Source: Myxococcales bacterium (GTDB lineage Bacteria; Myxococcota_A; UBA9042; UBA3505). From it: a DNA stretch of 64,000 bases. Below are positions 48,202 through 58,071 of this stretch, one piece after another. How positions within the stretch are numbered: the stretch's first letter is position 1; every line of letters begins with the position of its first letter. Below the pieces are notes generated by a model. It did not search any database, was not told where the DNA came from, and worked only from the letters and a program-made list of their open reading frames with translations. A program made the position numbers and the translations under genes. The stretch covers positions 10,057 to 74,056 of the forward strand of contig CAUZEG010000003.1 in the NCBI GenBank assembly GCA_963578775.1, given 5' to 3'.

Positions 48202-49260
48202 TCAACGACCGAGGAGTCGTAGGACCTGATTCTCAAAGACCAGGCGTGGTGGGGTACGCAGGGTCTTAAGCTCTTTGTCGGTCAAACGCAGGATACCCAG
48301 GCAATGGGCGCTGCGGGCCGTGGAGAACTGCCGGACCGCGTTGGACATCTTACGGGCCAGCCAGGCCGGCAATCCGGCGGCCTCGCCGGCGTCGGCCATC
48401 GACATTCCCTGATCGATCCCTCCACGAATTTGAAGAAGGCGGCGGAATTGCATGGCCAACAGGGACACCAATTGAAGGGGCTGCACCTGTTGGTTGAAGA
48501 GCCGGTCTAGTTCGTAGAATGTCTTGCGGGCATCCTGGGCCGCGATGGCGTCGATGACCGCGAAAACGTCGTGTTGCCGTGTCTCGGAGCATACGTTCGC
48601 CACATCGTCAGCCGTGATGACATCGCGGTCGCCGATATAGTCCGACAGCTTACATATCTCCATCCATAGAATCGGCAGGATGGGACCGATCAGCTCCAGA
48701 AGTAGATGTCCGGCGTCGGGCTCTACACGACATTCTCTGCGTCTAGCCATTCCGGCCAGGACGGCTCCCATCTCACGGGCCGGCGGACTGGTCGTGTCTA
48801 TAATTACGGTGTCGTCTCGGCGACTGAATTTTTTTTGTTCGGCGGCGGATAGGCTGCTTTCCGTGGCTACGATGAGAACGTTCCCATCGGCAAAAAGGGC
48901 GGGATCGAAGATCGACTCCTGTGCCTGCTCTTTCTTTTTACCGGTCGACTTTTTCTTCGCGCTCGAGAACTGCCGGACCACCACAACCCGTCCTCCGCCA
49001 AAGAAGGAACTCGAGCGCAATTCTTCCAGCACCGGATCGGTGCGAAAATCACGGCTATTGCCGTTGAACGAGATCAGATTCATGGTCCGATCTTCGGGGT
49101 CGGGAAGTAAGGCCCCAACCAGCTGTTCAAGCCAGATATCGACGAGATAGGCATCGGTGCCGAGGGGTTTTCGACCCGTACCAACGGCCGTAAATATGTA
49201 CATCATGGCCTTTTTGTCGGCCTGGATGTCGGCAACGATGTCGTGGATTTGTTGGGTCAT
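48202..49260 (-). CDS. holA: DNA polymerase III delta subunit-like
   Basis: Size of 352 aa. C-terminal helical domain has a pattern similar to HolA ('DVFAVIDAI...RKTFYELDRL...PLQLVSLLAMQFRRLLQIR'). Weak, from memory. Confidence 0.5.
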   Translation of the reverse strand: MTQQIHDIVADIQADKKAMMYIFTAVGTGRKPLGTDAYLVDIWLEQLVGALLPDPEDRTMNLISFNGNSRDFRTDPVLEELRSSSFFGGGRVVVVRQFSSAKKKSTGKKKEQAQESIFDPALFADGNVLIVATESSLSAAEQKKFSRRDDTVIIDTTSPPAREMGAVLAGMARRRECRVEPDAGHLLLELIGPILPILWMEICKLSDYIGDRDVITADDVANVCSETRQHDVFAVIDAIAAQDARKTFYELDRLFNQQVQPLQLVSLLAMQFRRLLQIRGGIDQGMSMADAGEAAGLPAWLARKMSNAVRQFSTARSAHCLGILRLTDKELKTLRTPPRLVFENQVLRLLGR

Positions 49261-49278
49261 GGTCGAGAGCCGATCCGA

Positions 49279-50673
49279 TTACGGCACCAGGGGGGCCGGT
49301 CCGCCTGGGAGCATACCCGAATCCGGCGTGATGACAATGGGTTTCGTACGCACGATTCCCCGGTCGGTTCCCAGGGCAAAAACCGCCACCGGACCGAGGG
49401 AGGGGGAGAAACCCAGTAGATGGTGTCCGTCCACGCGAATCGAGCCACCGCCTTGGTTTATTACGATCTCCAGGGCCAGCGCAGCCGGCCTGGATGAGGT
49501 GGGAAGTGGCACCTTGATGTCCTTACCCGCCGGGGCGACGTCAGGCACATGAACATGGAGAAATTGGTCATCCAGACGCAGGGATAAGGCGCGGGTCTGC
49601 ACCTCCTGGCTTTTGCGCGCCAACTTTAGAACGAGGTTTCCCTTTTCCACATCGCAGACCGTAGTCAGAATCAGATTGGAGATCGGTGGAATATGGCGCA
49701 CCACAAGATTGGGTTCGTTGGTTTTCGCGCGGAGCTCAATACCCTCGCTGAGTCGGAATCCATCGGGCTGGGTCCGCACCCAGTTCCAGACCGAATCCTC
49801 ATGCCCGCCATAGGTCTGGGCTGCGTGCCAGAATATCGCCAGTTGTTCGGTCACATGCGCTCGTAGGCGTTGCTCCAGGCGGTCCAGGCCACCCACGGTG
49901 GAGACCAATGTGCGGATAATATTTCGGGGTGATTTCAGACGTTGCAAATCAGACATCACCGTATACATCAGATTCGGATCCTGCATAAGCACAGCAACGA
50001 GCGCATGGGCCGTAGCATAATAGTTGTCGCTGCCCCGGTAGGCCGATGTATCCGCGCTTAGAAGTCGGGACAGGGGGATTGGGATCTGCACCTGGCCCTG
50101 GTGGGAGAGAAGAGAGCCGAATTTGAGGCTCGGTTGCCGCACAAGATGAATACCATGCGCTCCTTCGCGCACCTCCACGGCGGCGAAATACTCTGCTAGC
50201 CCCTCTTCCAGCCAGATGGGCCAGCCCGGCCGTCGGTATCGTTTGAAGAGCGGATCGCTGAAGCGAGCACCCATCATCGCGTGGGCGTATTCGTGAAAGA
50301 TCAACTGGAGGCTATTTCCTGCCGAGAAGCTGAAGATGGAATTCTTCGCGCCATCGTAGAAGCCGCCGTTTGCGGCCAACTCGCTGGCCAAACTGTGGGT
50401 GGCCTGTGCGTATTGGGCCTGGTCTCGATACAGCACGATTTGCGGGGGACGCCGGGTCAGCCGCATAAGCTGGGGTGCGCCCCGTTGGGACAACCATCTC
50501 CGGTAGGCGTTGAGAATATCGTTCAACCGACCCTTCTCGGAGGAGGGAAGATCCGCCTGTACCTCGTGGGCAACCGGCTTTAGAGATTGCTGTGCAAGAC
50601 CTACAGAACCGAGGGGGCTCGCCACCATCAGTGCCAGAAGAAAGAGCCATCCCCGCTGGAAAGTCGTTCGCAT
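49279..50673 (-). CDS. Secreted HExxH-motif protein (putative MA-clan metallopeptidase-like)
   Basis: Signal peptide. 'LIFHEYAHAMMG'. 464 aa. Confidence 0.45.
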   Translation of the reverse strand: MRTTFQRGWLFLLALMVASPLGSVGLAQQSLKPVAHEVQADLPSSEKGRLNDILNAYRRWLSQRGAPQLMRLTRRPPQIVLYRDQAQYAQATHSLASELAANGGFYDGAKNSIFSFSAGNSLQLIFHEYAHAMMGARFSDPLFKRYRRPGWPIWLEEGLAEYFAAVEVREGAHGIHLVRQPSLKFGSLLSHQGQVQIPIPLSRLLSADTSAYRGSDNYYATAHALVAVLMQDPNLMYTVMSDLQRLKSPRNIIRTLVSTVGGLDRLEQRLRAHVTEQLAIFWHAAQTYGGHEDSVWNWVRTQPDGFRLSEGIELRAKTNEPNLVVRHIPPISNLILTTVCDVEKGNLVLKLARKSQEVQTRALSLRLDDQFLHVHVPDVAPAGKDIKVPLPTSSRPAALALEIVINQGGGSIRVDGHHLLGFSPSLGPVAVFALGTDRGIVRTKPIVITPDSGMLPGGPAPLVP

Positions 50674-50827
50674 CAGGGGACCTTAGCATCGAAAAAACCA
50701 GGCGTCCTGTTTCCGCTGTCTATCTCCCTCCTTTCATACCATTCCGAAAAAAAACCGGTCATTTTTTGACCGCCCCCGGTTTCAGAACGACCATCAATGT
50801 ACCGATAAGAAGCATCAACGGGCGTTG

Positions 50828-50872
50828 TTTCCGAAGGTTCCGAAGGTTCAGAAGGTTCAGAAGATGCAGAAA
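50828..50872. repeat. 9-bp tandem repeat (GTTCCGAAG x2, GTTCAGAAG x2, plus a degenerate copy)
   Basis: Read directly, 15 to 60 bp upstream of the ATG at 50886. Confidence 0.8.
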
Positions 50873-50885
50873 GAAGAGGACTCCA

Positions 50886-51539
50886 ATGATTGAATCCACC
50901 TGGTGTCGACCTGGCGAAATGGCGCATCGTCTATCTGTGACCGAGCGCACCATCTACAATATGATCCAGCGCGGTCAACTCGAACGACGAGAGATGAATG
51001 GGCGGGTCTGGGTGCGTACAGCAATGGGTGAAACCATGCCCATCGTGATACCGAACTCTTCCGAATTCAATGAAGAACTTGCCGAAATGGTTCTGGAAAA
51101 TACTTCGGAAATCCTTCTGCAAGATTCGGATTTTGATTCGGACCCCATCGAGAAGTGTTCCGAAACGATTGAAAAGAAAAAAGTGGCCTCCAAGCCGGCC
51201 GATAATGCCGACCCGCGAACAAACGGCGATATCCTCGATCGCATCGAGTATCTTCACGATGAGTTGCGCGTAATGGCCGTGGCCCGAGAGCGAGCGGTGT
51301 CGGAACGTGATTCGGCGGTTCAGAAACTGGAGTCGATGGAACAGGAATTGGAGCGGTTGCGCGCGACTCTGGACGAGCTTCGGGTGTCGGAGCGAACTCT
51401 CCGTAAGGAGCTCGGTTGCGAGCGGGAGATCTCGAATCTGTATAGCCTTGTGGCCAAGCTGGGGTGGATGGATCGAGGCGCCAAAAAACGCTTTATTGGG
51501 CAGGCCGAGCAGATGCGTCGCGCCCTACCGTCCAGCTAG
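50886..51539 (+). CDS. HTH (MerR/excisionase-like) DNA-binding protein with C-terminal coiled coil
   Basis: RBS GAGGA. 'MAHRLSVTERTIYNMIQRGQL' is HTH-like. Heptad-rich 'LRVMAVARERAVSERDSAVQKLESMEQELERLRATLDELRV'. Confidence 0.5.
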   Translation: MIESTWCRPGEMAHRLSVTERTIYNMIQRGQLERREMNGRVWVRTAMGETMPIVIPNSSEFNEELAEMVLENTSEILLQDSDFDSDPIEKCSETIEKKKVASKPADNADPRTNGDILDRIEYLHDELRVMAVARERAVSERDSAVQKLESMEQELERLRATLDELRVSERTLRKELGCEREISNLYSLVAKLGWMDRGAKKRFIGQAEQMRRALPSS

Positions 51540-51610
51540 GTGAACCATGCGACGTTTTTGTACCGGTAGGACGACAACGTCCGTCTTTTCATTGGTGCGT
51601 GCGGCGATAT

Positions 51611-52921
51611 TCAGGTCGCTTCAACCCATGAACAGATACGCTCCGTTGCCCGGAGGGTTCGGTTGCAGAAACGGCTTAGCCAGCGCTCATCGAGCTCGGT
51701 ATGCTCCGGAACGTCTGCCGCCGACGCGAGGGCGGCGGCTCCATCGAAGTTGACGTAGGATAGACGAGCCGTCAGGTCGGTCTCCGCTTGTCCGAAACAG
51801 GAGCCGGGCAGAATGGCGACTCCTGTTTCCTGCAGTAGACGTTCACACATAACGGCCCCGGATCCGATGCCCTTCGCCTCAAAGGCGTGGGCATGGGCGG
51901 AAAAGTCTGCGAACAGATAGAATCCACCTTCCGGTGCGACGGAGGAAATCTGTGCTTGAGCGAGGCGGTTGTGAATCCAATTCCCGAGGGCCTGGAGGAC
52001 ACGCCTACTTGTTGTCAGATAGTGGTCGATGTCTTCACCGCCCTCGAAGGCGCGCACAGCTGCGTATTGGATCGGGGCGCTTGTGGACGTGAAAGTCTCG
52101 CTGGCCACTGCGGCCATAGCTTCTTTGATGGCCTTGAGGTTTTCGGGGAGAACAAAGGTGCCCAGGCGCCATCCACCCGCACCACACCATTTGCTCAAAC
52201 CCGAACTGCAGATCGTCCCTTCCGGGTAGACGGAAGCGATGGTCCGATAGTCGCCTGTATGATCGAGTTCTCCGTAGATCTCGTCGGATATGATGACCAC
52301 ATTATAACGCCGAGCGACCGCAGCCAGAGCCGCCAACTCATCGGGCGTATAGCTCGTACCGGTGGGATTGTTGGGGTAGTTGAGAAAGAGTAACCGTGGT
52401 CGAGACGGGTCCGGCCGGCAATGCTGATCGAGACGCTCGGGTTGCAGTCTCCAGCGTTGGTCAGCCCGAGTCTCAATATAAGTCGCAGGACGTCCCAGGA
52501 TACGGGCCTGGGGCTCGTAGGACACCCACATCGGGGCGGCCAGGAGCAGCTCCCCCGCGTAGACCAATTGCAATAGGAACATCAACTCCTTGGAGCCGGG
52601 GCCAACGATCACCTGGTCGGCGTCATAGGAGATGCCGGATTTCCGTTGATGGTAGTTGGCTACCGCTTGGCGGAGTTCATACAGTCCGGCCACGGGCAGA
52701 TAGTTCTTCTCGTGGGCACAGTCCTTTAGTCGTTGTACAACGCTGGCCGGCACAGGAAAGGGGGATTGCCCGAGACCGAGCTTGAAGATGTCCATCCCCT
52801 CTCGTCGAAGGGCATCGCTACGTTCGTTGATGGCGACCGTAGCTGATGGCGTCAACCCGGACACATTGGGATTCAAATCGGCTTCATGGGCCATGAATCG
52901 TCCTTCTATACTCCAGTTCAA
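51611..52921 (-). CDS. Class I/II PLP-dependent aminotransferase
   Basis: PLP-lysine region 'SGLSKWCGAGGWRLG'. 'NPTG' motif. An alternative start lies at 52894. Confidence 0.8.
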   Translation of the reverse strand: MNWSIEGRFMAHEADLNPNVSGLTPSATVAINERSDALRREGMDIFKLGLGQSPFPVPASVVQRLKDCAHEKNYLPVAGLYELRQAVANYHQRKSGISYDADQVIVGPGSKELMFLLQLVYAGELLLAAPMWVSYEPQARILGRPATYIETRADQRWRLQPERLDQHCRPDPSRPRLLFLNYPNNPTGTSYTPDELAALAAVARRYNVVIISDEIYGELDHTGDYRTIASVYPEGTICSSGLSKWCGAGGWRLGTFVLPENLKAIKEAMAAVASETFTSTSAPIQYAAVRAFEGGEDIDHYLTTSRRVLQALGNWIHNRLAQAQISSVAPEGGFYLFADFSAHAHAFEAKGIGSGAVMCERLLQETGVAILPGSCFGQAETDLTARLSYVNFDGAAALASAADVPEHTELDERWLSRFCNRTLRATERICSWVEAT

Positions 52922-52999
52922 GCTCTAGCATTGAAGAGGTTTGACAGTCTAGTCATGGGCCATTGATACTTGCGAGCAGCCGTTCAACAGGGAGTACAA

Positions 53000-53833
53000 A
53001 TGAATCAAAGATCCCTTTGTGGTTTTCTGTTTGTGATGGCGGCTCTATGCGTAGCTGCTGGCTTGTTTTCGGAGCGCTGGTACACGGCTGGAATGGTCCA
53101 TCTCGGCCTGCGCCATGCGAATGCCGGAGGAGCGTCAATCTCCTATGTTCAGGTGGCTGACGAGTTGGAAATGGTCGGAAAATTGGTTTTCAACCAGGAA
53201 TCGATTCGGGCCTCAAACCTGGACACCATGGACCAGCAATCGAAGGTACTCAACGACTGGGTTCGACTTCTGAAACGTTGGGATGTTCTGGGCAGTCTGG
53301 TGTTTTTTGTGGGGCTTATTGCGGTCCTTATCTGGGGTTTTGCCGGTTTTTTTGTTCTACAATCAAAGGAACGAGAGGGCCGGATTCTTCTACGGTTGGC
53401 GCAAACGGACGCCTGGATCATGGTATTGCTGGGCGTGATCTTTTTGAAGTTCGGTCCCAATACATGGGGGGGATGGTATTTCCCGGGTTTTGAAGCGGCG
53501 ATGGGGCCGCAAGAGACGGCACTATTCCAGGACTTTGCACGGTCGATGAAACCGAGTATCTCCACGGGCGCCATCTTCTTCTTTGTAGGGGTGGCCGCGG
53601 CTTTTATCGCCGGGTATTTGAACAAAAGTCTGCGACCTGCGGAGAGCGGAAACGACGCGAGGGCATCCGAGGCGGCGGTATCAGAGCGCAAACAAGACTC
53701 TTTTGAAGAGATTAAGGCGAGATTGTCGGCCGCCAAGCGGAATCAATCCGAAGCGTCGAGCATTGATGAGGTCATATCTTCCCAAGACCAGATCTCCAAC
53801 CCATCCAACCCCGACGAGACGAGCAGCGAATAA
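53000..53833 (+). CDS. Hypothetical multi-pass membrane protein
   Basis: RBS GGGAG. Four or five hydrophobic helices. No motif recognised. Confidence 0.45.
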   Translation: MNQRSLCGFLFVMAALCVAAGLFSERWYTAGMVHLGLRHANAGGASISYVQVADELEMVGKLVFNQESIRASNLDTMDQQSKVLNDWVRLLKRWDVLGSLVFFVGLIAVLIWGFAGFFVLQSKEREGRILLRLAQTDAWIMVLLGVIFLKFGPNTWGGWYFPGFEAAMGPQETALFQDFARSMKPSISTGAIFFFVGVAAAFIAGYLNKSLRPAESGNDARASEAAVSERKQDSFEEIKARLSAAKRNQSEASSIDEVISSQDQISNPSNPDETSSE

Positions 53834-53982
53834 TGTGGAAAAACCAAGTGTTGGAACACTTATGATGGAGAGCATTCTTGCGATGCATGTCGTATCGTTA
53901 AATAGCCTTGCATCAAGGGCTAATCTCTTTCATCATGCGCCATTCTCGTCCCTGTTTCCGATTCTTTCTATGAGGAGACCGA

Positions 53983-54672
53983 ATGAAACGTAATCTTTTG
54001 AAATATGCCTCTTTCCTATTCGTTCTGTCCGTATGTGTTTTGGCTTTGCCGTCGTTGGCAACAGCCCAGGCGAAGAAGGCCAATCTGCAGCAGCCTTCGA
54101 CCTTCAACGCCACAGCCCCTGATGTCTACCAGGTGAATGTGAACACCACCTCGGGGACCTTTGTTCTGGAAATCAACCGCGCCTGGGCACCTCTCGGGGC
54201 GGATCGTTTCTACAACCTTGTCGTTAGCGGATACTTCACGGATGTTGCCTTCTTTCGGGCTATCAGTGGATTCATGGTGCAGTTTGGAATTCATGGGGAC
54301 CCGGCGGTCTCCAAAGCGTGGCGATCGGCAAAAATACGAGATGATCGGGTGGTGCAGTCCAATATGACCGGCTTTTTGACCTTTGCCACCGCCGGTGAAC
54401 ATACGCGGACGACCCAGATGTTCATCAATTATGCGGACAATATTCGCCTGGATTCGATGGGCTTTGCTCCCATTGGTAAAGTCATCAAGGGAATGGAGCT
54501 CGTCAACTCTCTGTACACGGGCTATGGCGAGGGGGCTCCTAGTGGACGTGGTCCATCCCAGGACCGAATGCAGATGGAGGGGAATGTCTATTTGAAGAAG
54601 GACTTCCCTATGTTGGACTACATCAAATCCATGACCATCGTTAAGTCCAAGAAAGCGTCGAAGAAACGCTGA
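53983..54672 (+). CDS. Periplasmic cyclophilin-type peptidyl-prolyl cis-trans isomerase
   Basis: Signal peptide. 'FYNLVVSGYFTDVAFFRAISGFMVQFG'. Confidence 0.9.
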   Translation: MKRNLLKYASFLFVLSVCVLALPSLATAQAKKANLQQPSTFNATAPDVYQVNVNTTSGTFVLEINRAWAPLGADRFYNLVVSGYFTDVAFFRAISGFMVQFGIHGDPAVSKAWRSAKIRDDRVVQSNMTGFLTFATAGEHTRTTQMFINYADNIRLDSMGFAPIGKVIKGMELVNSLYTGYGEGAPSGRGPSQDRMQMEGNVYLKKDFPMLDYIKSMTIVKSKKASKKR

Positions 54673-54676
54673 CGTT

Positions 54677-55300
54677 TCAGGCCTTGATGTCCAATAGGCT
54701 TTCGATCTGTTCGATCAGGTCGACGCGATCAATCAGGTCGTGCAGATAATCCAACTTGTCGGTTTCGATCACCGCCTTGGGGCCCAGATCGTAGTCGTCG
54801 AACCAACGGTCATAGCGCTTGTTCAGACGTTGGAGATAGCCGGTGGGAAGGGCTTGCTCCATGGCTCGGCCGCGTACTTTAATACGTCGACGTAGACCGC
54901 GGACGGAACAGCGCAGATAGACCATAAGGTCCGGTGCACGGACATTGGCTTTGATGACTTCGTAGAGCTCTCGATAGGTCGCGTAATCGCGCCCGGTCAG
55001 AACCCGTCGAGCCCGTAGGGCTTCGGCGAAGATATCGGCGTCTTCGTAGATGCTCCTGTCCAAAACGATCCGGTCGCTCGTTCGTTCGGCTTCGGCATGC
55101 AGAGCGTATTTTCGGGACAGGTAGAAGATCTGTGATTGGAAGGCCCAGGTCTTCATATCCAGGTAGAAATCTTCCAGGTAGGGGTTGTCTCCCACCGGCT
55201 CATACAGGGGACGAACCCCGAACCGCTTCGCAAGAAAGCCGACAAGTGTGGATTTTCCAGCTCCAATATTTCCAGCTATCGCCAGATATCTGGGCCCCAT
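54677..55300 (-). CDS. Deoxynucleoside kinase
   Basis: P-loop 'IAGNIGAGKST'. 'DRSIYED' motif. Start moved to the internal Met at 55300. Confidence 0.8.
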   Translation of the reverse strand: MGPRYLAIAGNIGAGKSTLVGFLAKRFGVRPLYEPVGDNPYLEDFYLDMKTWAFQSQIFYLSRKYALHAEAERTSDRIVLDRSIYEDADIFAEALRARRVLTGRDYATYRELYEVIKANVRAPDLMVYLRCSVRGLRRRIKVRGRAMEQALPTGYLQRLNKRYDRWFDDYDLGPKAVIETDKLDYLHDLIDRVDLIEQIESLLDIKA

Positions 55301-55467
55301 CGGACACTCCAGTTTGCGGATCAGGATCGAAACGCTCGACAATCTAACGCGGAATTGTTTCAAATGCACGTCGTCTGGCTGGGTGACTTCTTGCGCTTGA
55401 TTTGTTGGGGAAGTCATGCGAAACCAGGCAGCGCGCCGGATATGTACGCCGTTGGAGGTTTGATCCG

Positions 55468-56484
55468 ATGAATATTGATAAGCGATCCGCTGGCACTGCG
55501 ATCCCACGCGTCGCTGTACTGATGGGTGGACTGGACGACGAACATGAAATCAGTCTTATGTCGGGCAATGCGGTCGTGGAAGGTCTCGAGAAGGGTGGCC
55601 TGAAGGTCACCGGGATCGTTATTGGTCGGAATGGTCTGTGGAACTATCCGGGGGATCAGGTTCGCACATTGGGCCGAGCCCTCGACAATCTTCGTCGTGA
55701 TTTTGATGCCGTCTTCGTGGCATTACACGGACCGACGGGCGAAGGGGGAGTCATACAAGCGGGTCTTGAACTGACAGACATTCCCTATACGGGTTCGGAC
55801 TCTGCGGCCAGTTGTGTGGCCATGGATAAGGCTTTGAGCCGCCTGGTATATCAGGAGGCGGGTATGCCTATCGCCAAGGGCATTGTGATTCAGGCCGATG
55901 ACCCGCGTTCGATCCGGGACCTTGCGGCGGTTCTCGGTGAGGAACTCTGTTTCCCGGTATTTTCCAAGCCACTCCGGAATGGATCGTCGTACGGAATCCG
56001 CCTGGAGCGGACCGTTGAGGACGCCCTGAAGACTCTGAGCGCGGCGCGGCGTTCGGGTCAGCCGCTATTATTTGAGGAGCAGGTTGAAGGCGAAGAGTTC
56101 ACAGTCGCTATTCTTGAGGACGAGGAGGGGCCCAAGCCCTTGCCACCAATCCTCATCAAACCGAAGGGTGATGAGGAGTTTTTCACCCTTGAGATCAAAT
56201 ATGATCCCGAACGAGTGGATGAGATCTGTCCCGCGCCGGTTCCCCGGGAACAGTTGGCACGATTGACCGAGCTGGGCCTTCGAGCCCATCGTGCTCTTGG
56301 TTGCCGTGACTTCAGCCGGACGGACATGATCTGGGGCCCCGATGGTCCGGTTCTACTCGAGACCAATACGATACCAGGTTTGACACCAGCCTCTCTGTTT
56401 CCGAAGGGAGCGCGCGCGGCTGGACTGAGCTTTTCCGAGCTGGTCTGTATTCTTGCGCAACGTGCCTTGAGCCGGGCTACCTAG
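55468..56484 (+). CDS. ddl: D-alanine--D-alanine ligase
   Basis: RBS GGAGG. 'VFVALHGPTGEGG', ATP-grasp layout. Confidence 0.9.
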   Translation: MNIDKRSAGTAIPRVAVLMGGLDDEHEISLMSGNAVVEGLEKGGLKVTGIVIGRNGLWNYPGDQVRTLGRALDNLRRDFDAVFVALHGPTGEGGVIQAGLELTDIPYTGSDSAASCVAMDKALSRLVYQEAGMPIAKGIVIQADDPRSIRDLAAVLGEELCFPVFSKPLRNGSSYGIRLERTVEDALKTLSAARRSGQPLLFEEQVEGEEFTVAILEDEEGPKPLPPILIKPKGDEEFFTLEIKYDPERVDEICPAPVPREQLARLTELGLRAHRALGCRDFSRTDMIWGPDGPVLLETNTIPGLTPASLFPKGARAAGLSFSELVCILAQRALSRAT

Positions 56485-56604
56485 ACCGGTTCTGATTATA
56501 AACGCTTTTTTGTGCGACTTGGTAATCCTGGGGAACTGCGGTATGTTGGCCCAATCTCGGAGTCCCGACCCGTTCGGGCTGACACATCTGGCGGAGGAAT
56601 CTTC

Positions 56605-57798
56605 GTGCCTTTAACTGTTGGAGTAACACGTGAGTCGCATCCCGACGAGTTACGCGTGGCGTTGACTCCCGCATCGGTTTCCGAGCTCAAGAAAGCCGGT
56701 TTCGAGGTAATAGTTGAAGCTTCCGCAGGCCAGGGCGCGGTCATTAGCGATCAGGACTATATTGATGCGGGTGCTCGAATCGGAGCCAGCCGCGACTCGG
56801 TGTTGGAAGCAGCCGATATCGTATGCAGCGTACGAGCATTGGGAGCCAACCCTTCCAATAAGGACGCCGATCTCGATGTTCTGAAGAGGGGCAAAGTGCT
56901 TGTTGCGACCTGTGCTCCGCTCGACGATACAGCGGCTATGCAGAGCGCGGCAGACACCGGTGGTACCCTCTTTGCTCTAGAGCTTGTACCTCGGATCAGT
57001 CGTGCGCAGAGCATGGATGTGCTCTCGTCGATGGCTACCCTTGCCGGCTATAAATCCGTCTTGATGGCAAGTACGCAGTTGCCAAGGATTTTTCCGATGA
57101 TGATGACCGCTGCGGGTACGATTCCACCGGCCCGGGTTTTTGTTCTGGGCGCCGGGGTGGCGGGATTGCAGGCCATGGCCACCGCGAAGCGGCTGGGTGC
57201 GGTGGTTGAAGGCTACGACATTCGTCCGGTGGTTAAAGACCAGGTACAGAGCGTTGGTGCCAAGTTCGTGGAACTGGATCTTGAGACCGAAGGTTCCGAA
57301 GACGCGGGTGGGTATGCCAAAGCACAGGGCGAGGAGTTTCTGCAGAGGCAACGCGCCCTGCTAAAAGAAGTGGTCTCGCGTTCGGATGTGGTGATTACCA
57401 CGGCGGCGATTCCGGGCCGCCCCTCACCTGAGTTGATTACAGAAGAGATGGTCCAGGTGATGAAGGCCGGTTCGGTTATTATCGATCTCGCGGCAGAGCG
57501 AGGTGGCAACTGTCGTCTTACGGAGCCGGCAAAAACGGTCGTAAAACATGGTGTGACGATATCGGGCCCTCTGGATCTGCCGTCCACCGTCCCATTCGAC
57601 GCCAGCCGTATGTTTGGCAAGAACGTGGTGACCCTTTTGAAACTCGCGTATGGCGACCAGGAGTTGGCTCTTGACCTCGACGATGAGGTGATAGACGGAA
57701 CCCTGGCCGCCTATGCCGGTGAAGTCCATAACGCACGCCTTCGCTCGATTGTAGGGTTGCCGGAGCGTGCACCAAAAAACGAGGAGGGTGCAGAATGA
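56605..57798 (+). CDS. pntAA: NAD(P) transhydrogenase subunit alpha part 1
   Basis: GTG start after GGAGGA. 'VFVLGAGVAGLQAMATAKRLGAVVEGYD' Rossmann motif. Confidence 0.85.
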   Translation: MPLTVGVTRESHPDELRVALTPASVSELKKAGFEVIVEASAGQGAVISDQDYIDAGARIGASRDSVLEAADIVCSVRALGANPSNKDADLDVLKRGKVLVATCAPLDDTAAMQSAADTGGTLFALELVPRISRAQSMDVLSSMATLAGYKSVLMASTQLPRIFPMMMTAAGTIPPARVFVLGAGVAGLQAMATAKRLGAVVEGYDIRPVVKDQVQSVGAKFVELDLETEGSEDAGGYAKAQGEEFLQRQRALLKEVVSRSDVVITTAAIPGRPSPELITEEMVQVMKAGSVIIDLAAERGGNCRLTEPAKTVVKHGVTISGPLDLPSTVPFDASRMFGKNVVTLLKLAYGDQELALDLDDEVIDGTLAAYAGEVHNARLRSIVGLPERAPKNEEGAE

Positions 57799-58067
57799 TT
57801 ACATTCCTGACCATCTTCATGCTGGCAGTCTTTGTCGGCTTCGAGGTCATTACAAAAGTGCCGCCGACCCTGCACACTCCCCTGATGTCCGGGTCCAACG
57901 CCATCTCAGGAATTGCTCTTGTGGGCGCGATACTGGTGAGTGGTGCGGCGGACCCGAATACGGCCACCTGGATTGGGTTGGGTGCGGTGATCTTCGCGAC
58001 TATCAATGTCGTTGGTGGTTTCCTCGTGACCCATCGAATGCTCGACATGTTCAAGAAGAAGGACTGA
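57795..58067 (+). CDS. pntAB: NAD(P) transhydrogenase subunit alpha part 2 (membrane)
   Basis: 90-aa membrane protein 'GFEVITKVPPTLHTPLMSGSNAISGI'. Its ATGA overlaps pntAA. Confidence 0.85.
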   Translation: MITFLTIFMLAVFVGFEVITKVPPTLHTPLMSGSNAISGIALVGAILVSGAADPNTATWIGLGAVIFATINVVGGFLVTHRMLDMFKKKD

Positions 58068-58071
58068 ACGG

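Noticed and set aside
53834-53982. Inverted repeat AAGTGTT-GG-AACACTT after the membrane-protein gene as a terminator
   Set aside because: No U-tract follows on either strand. It may be a weak operator, but there is no supporting context.
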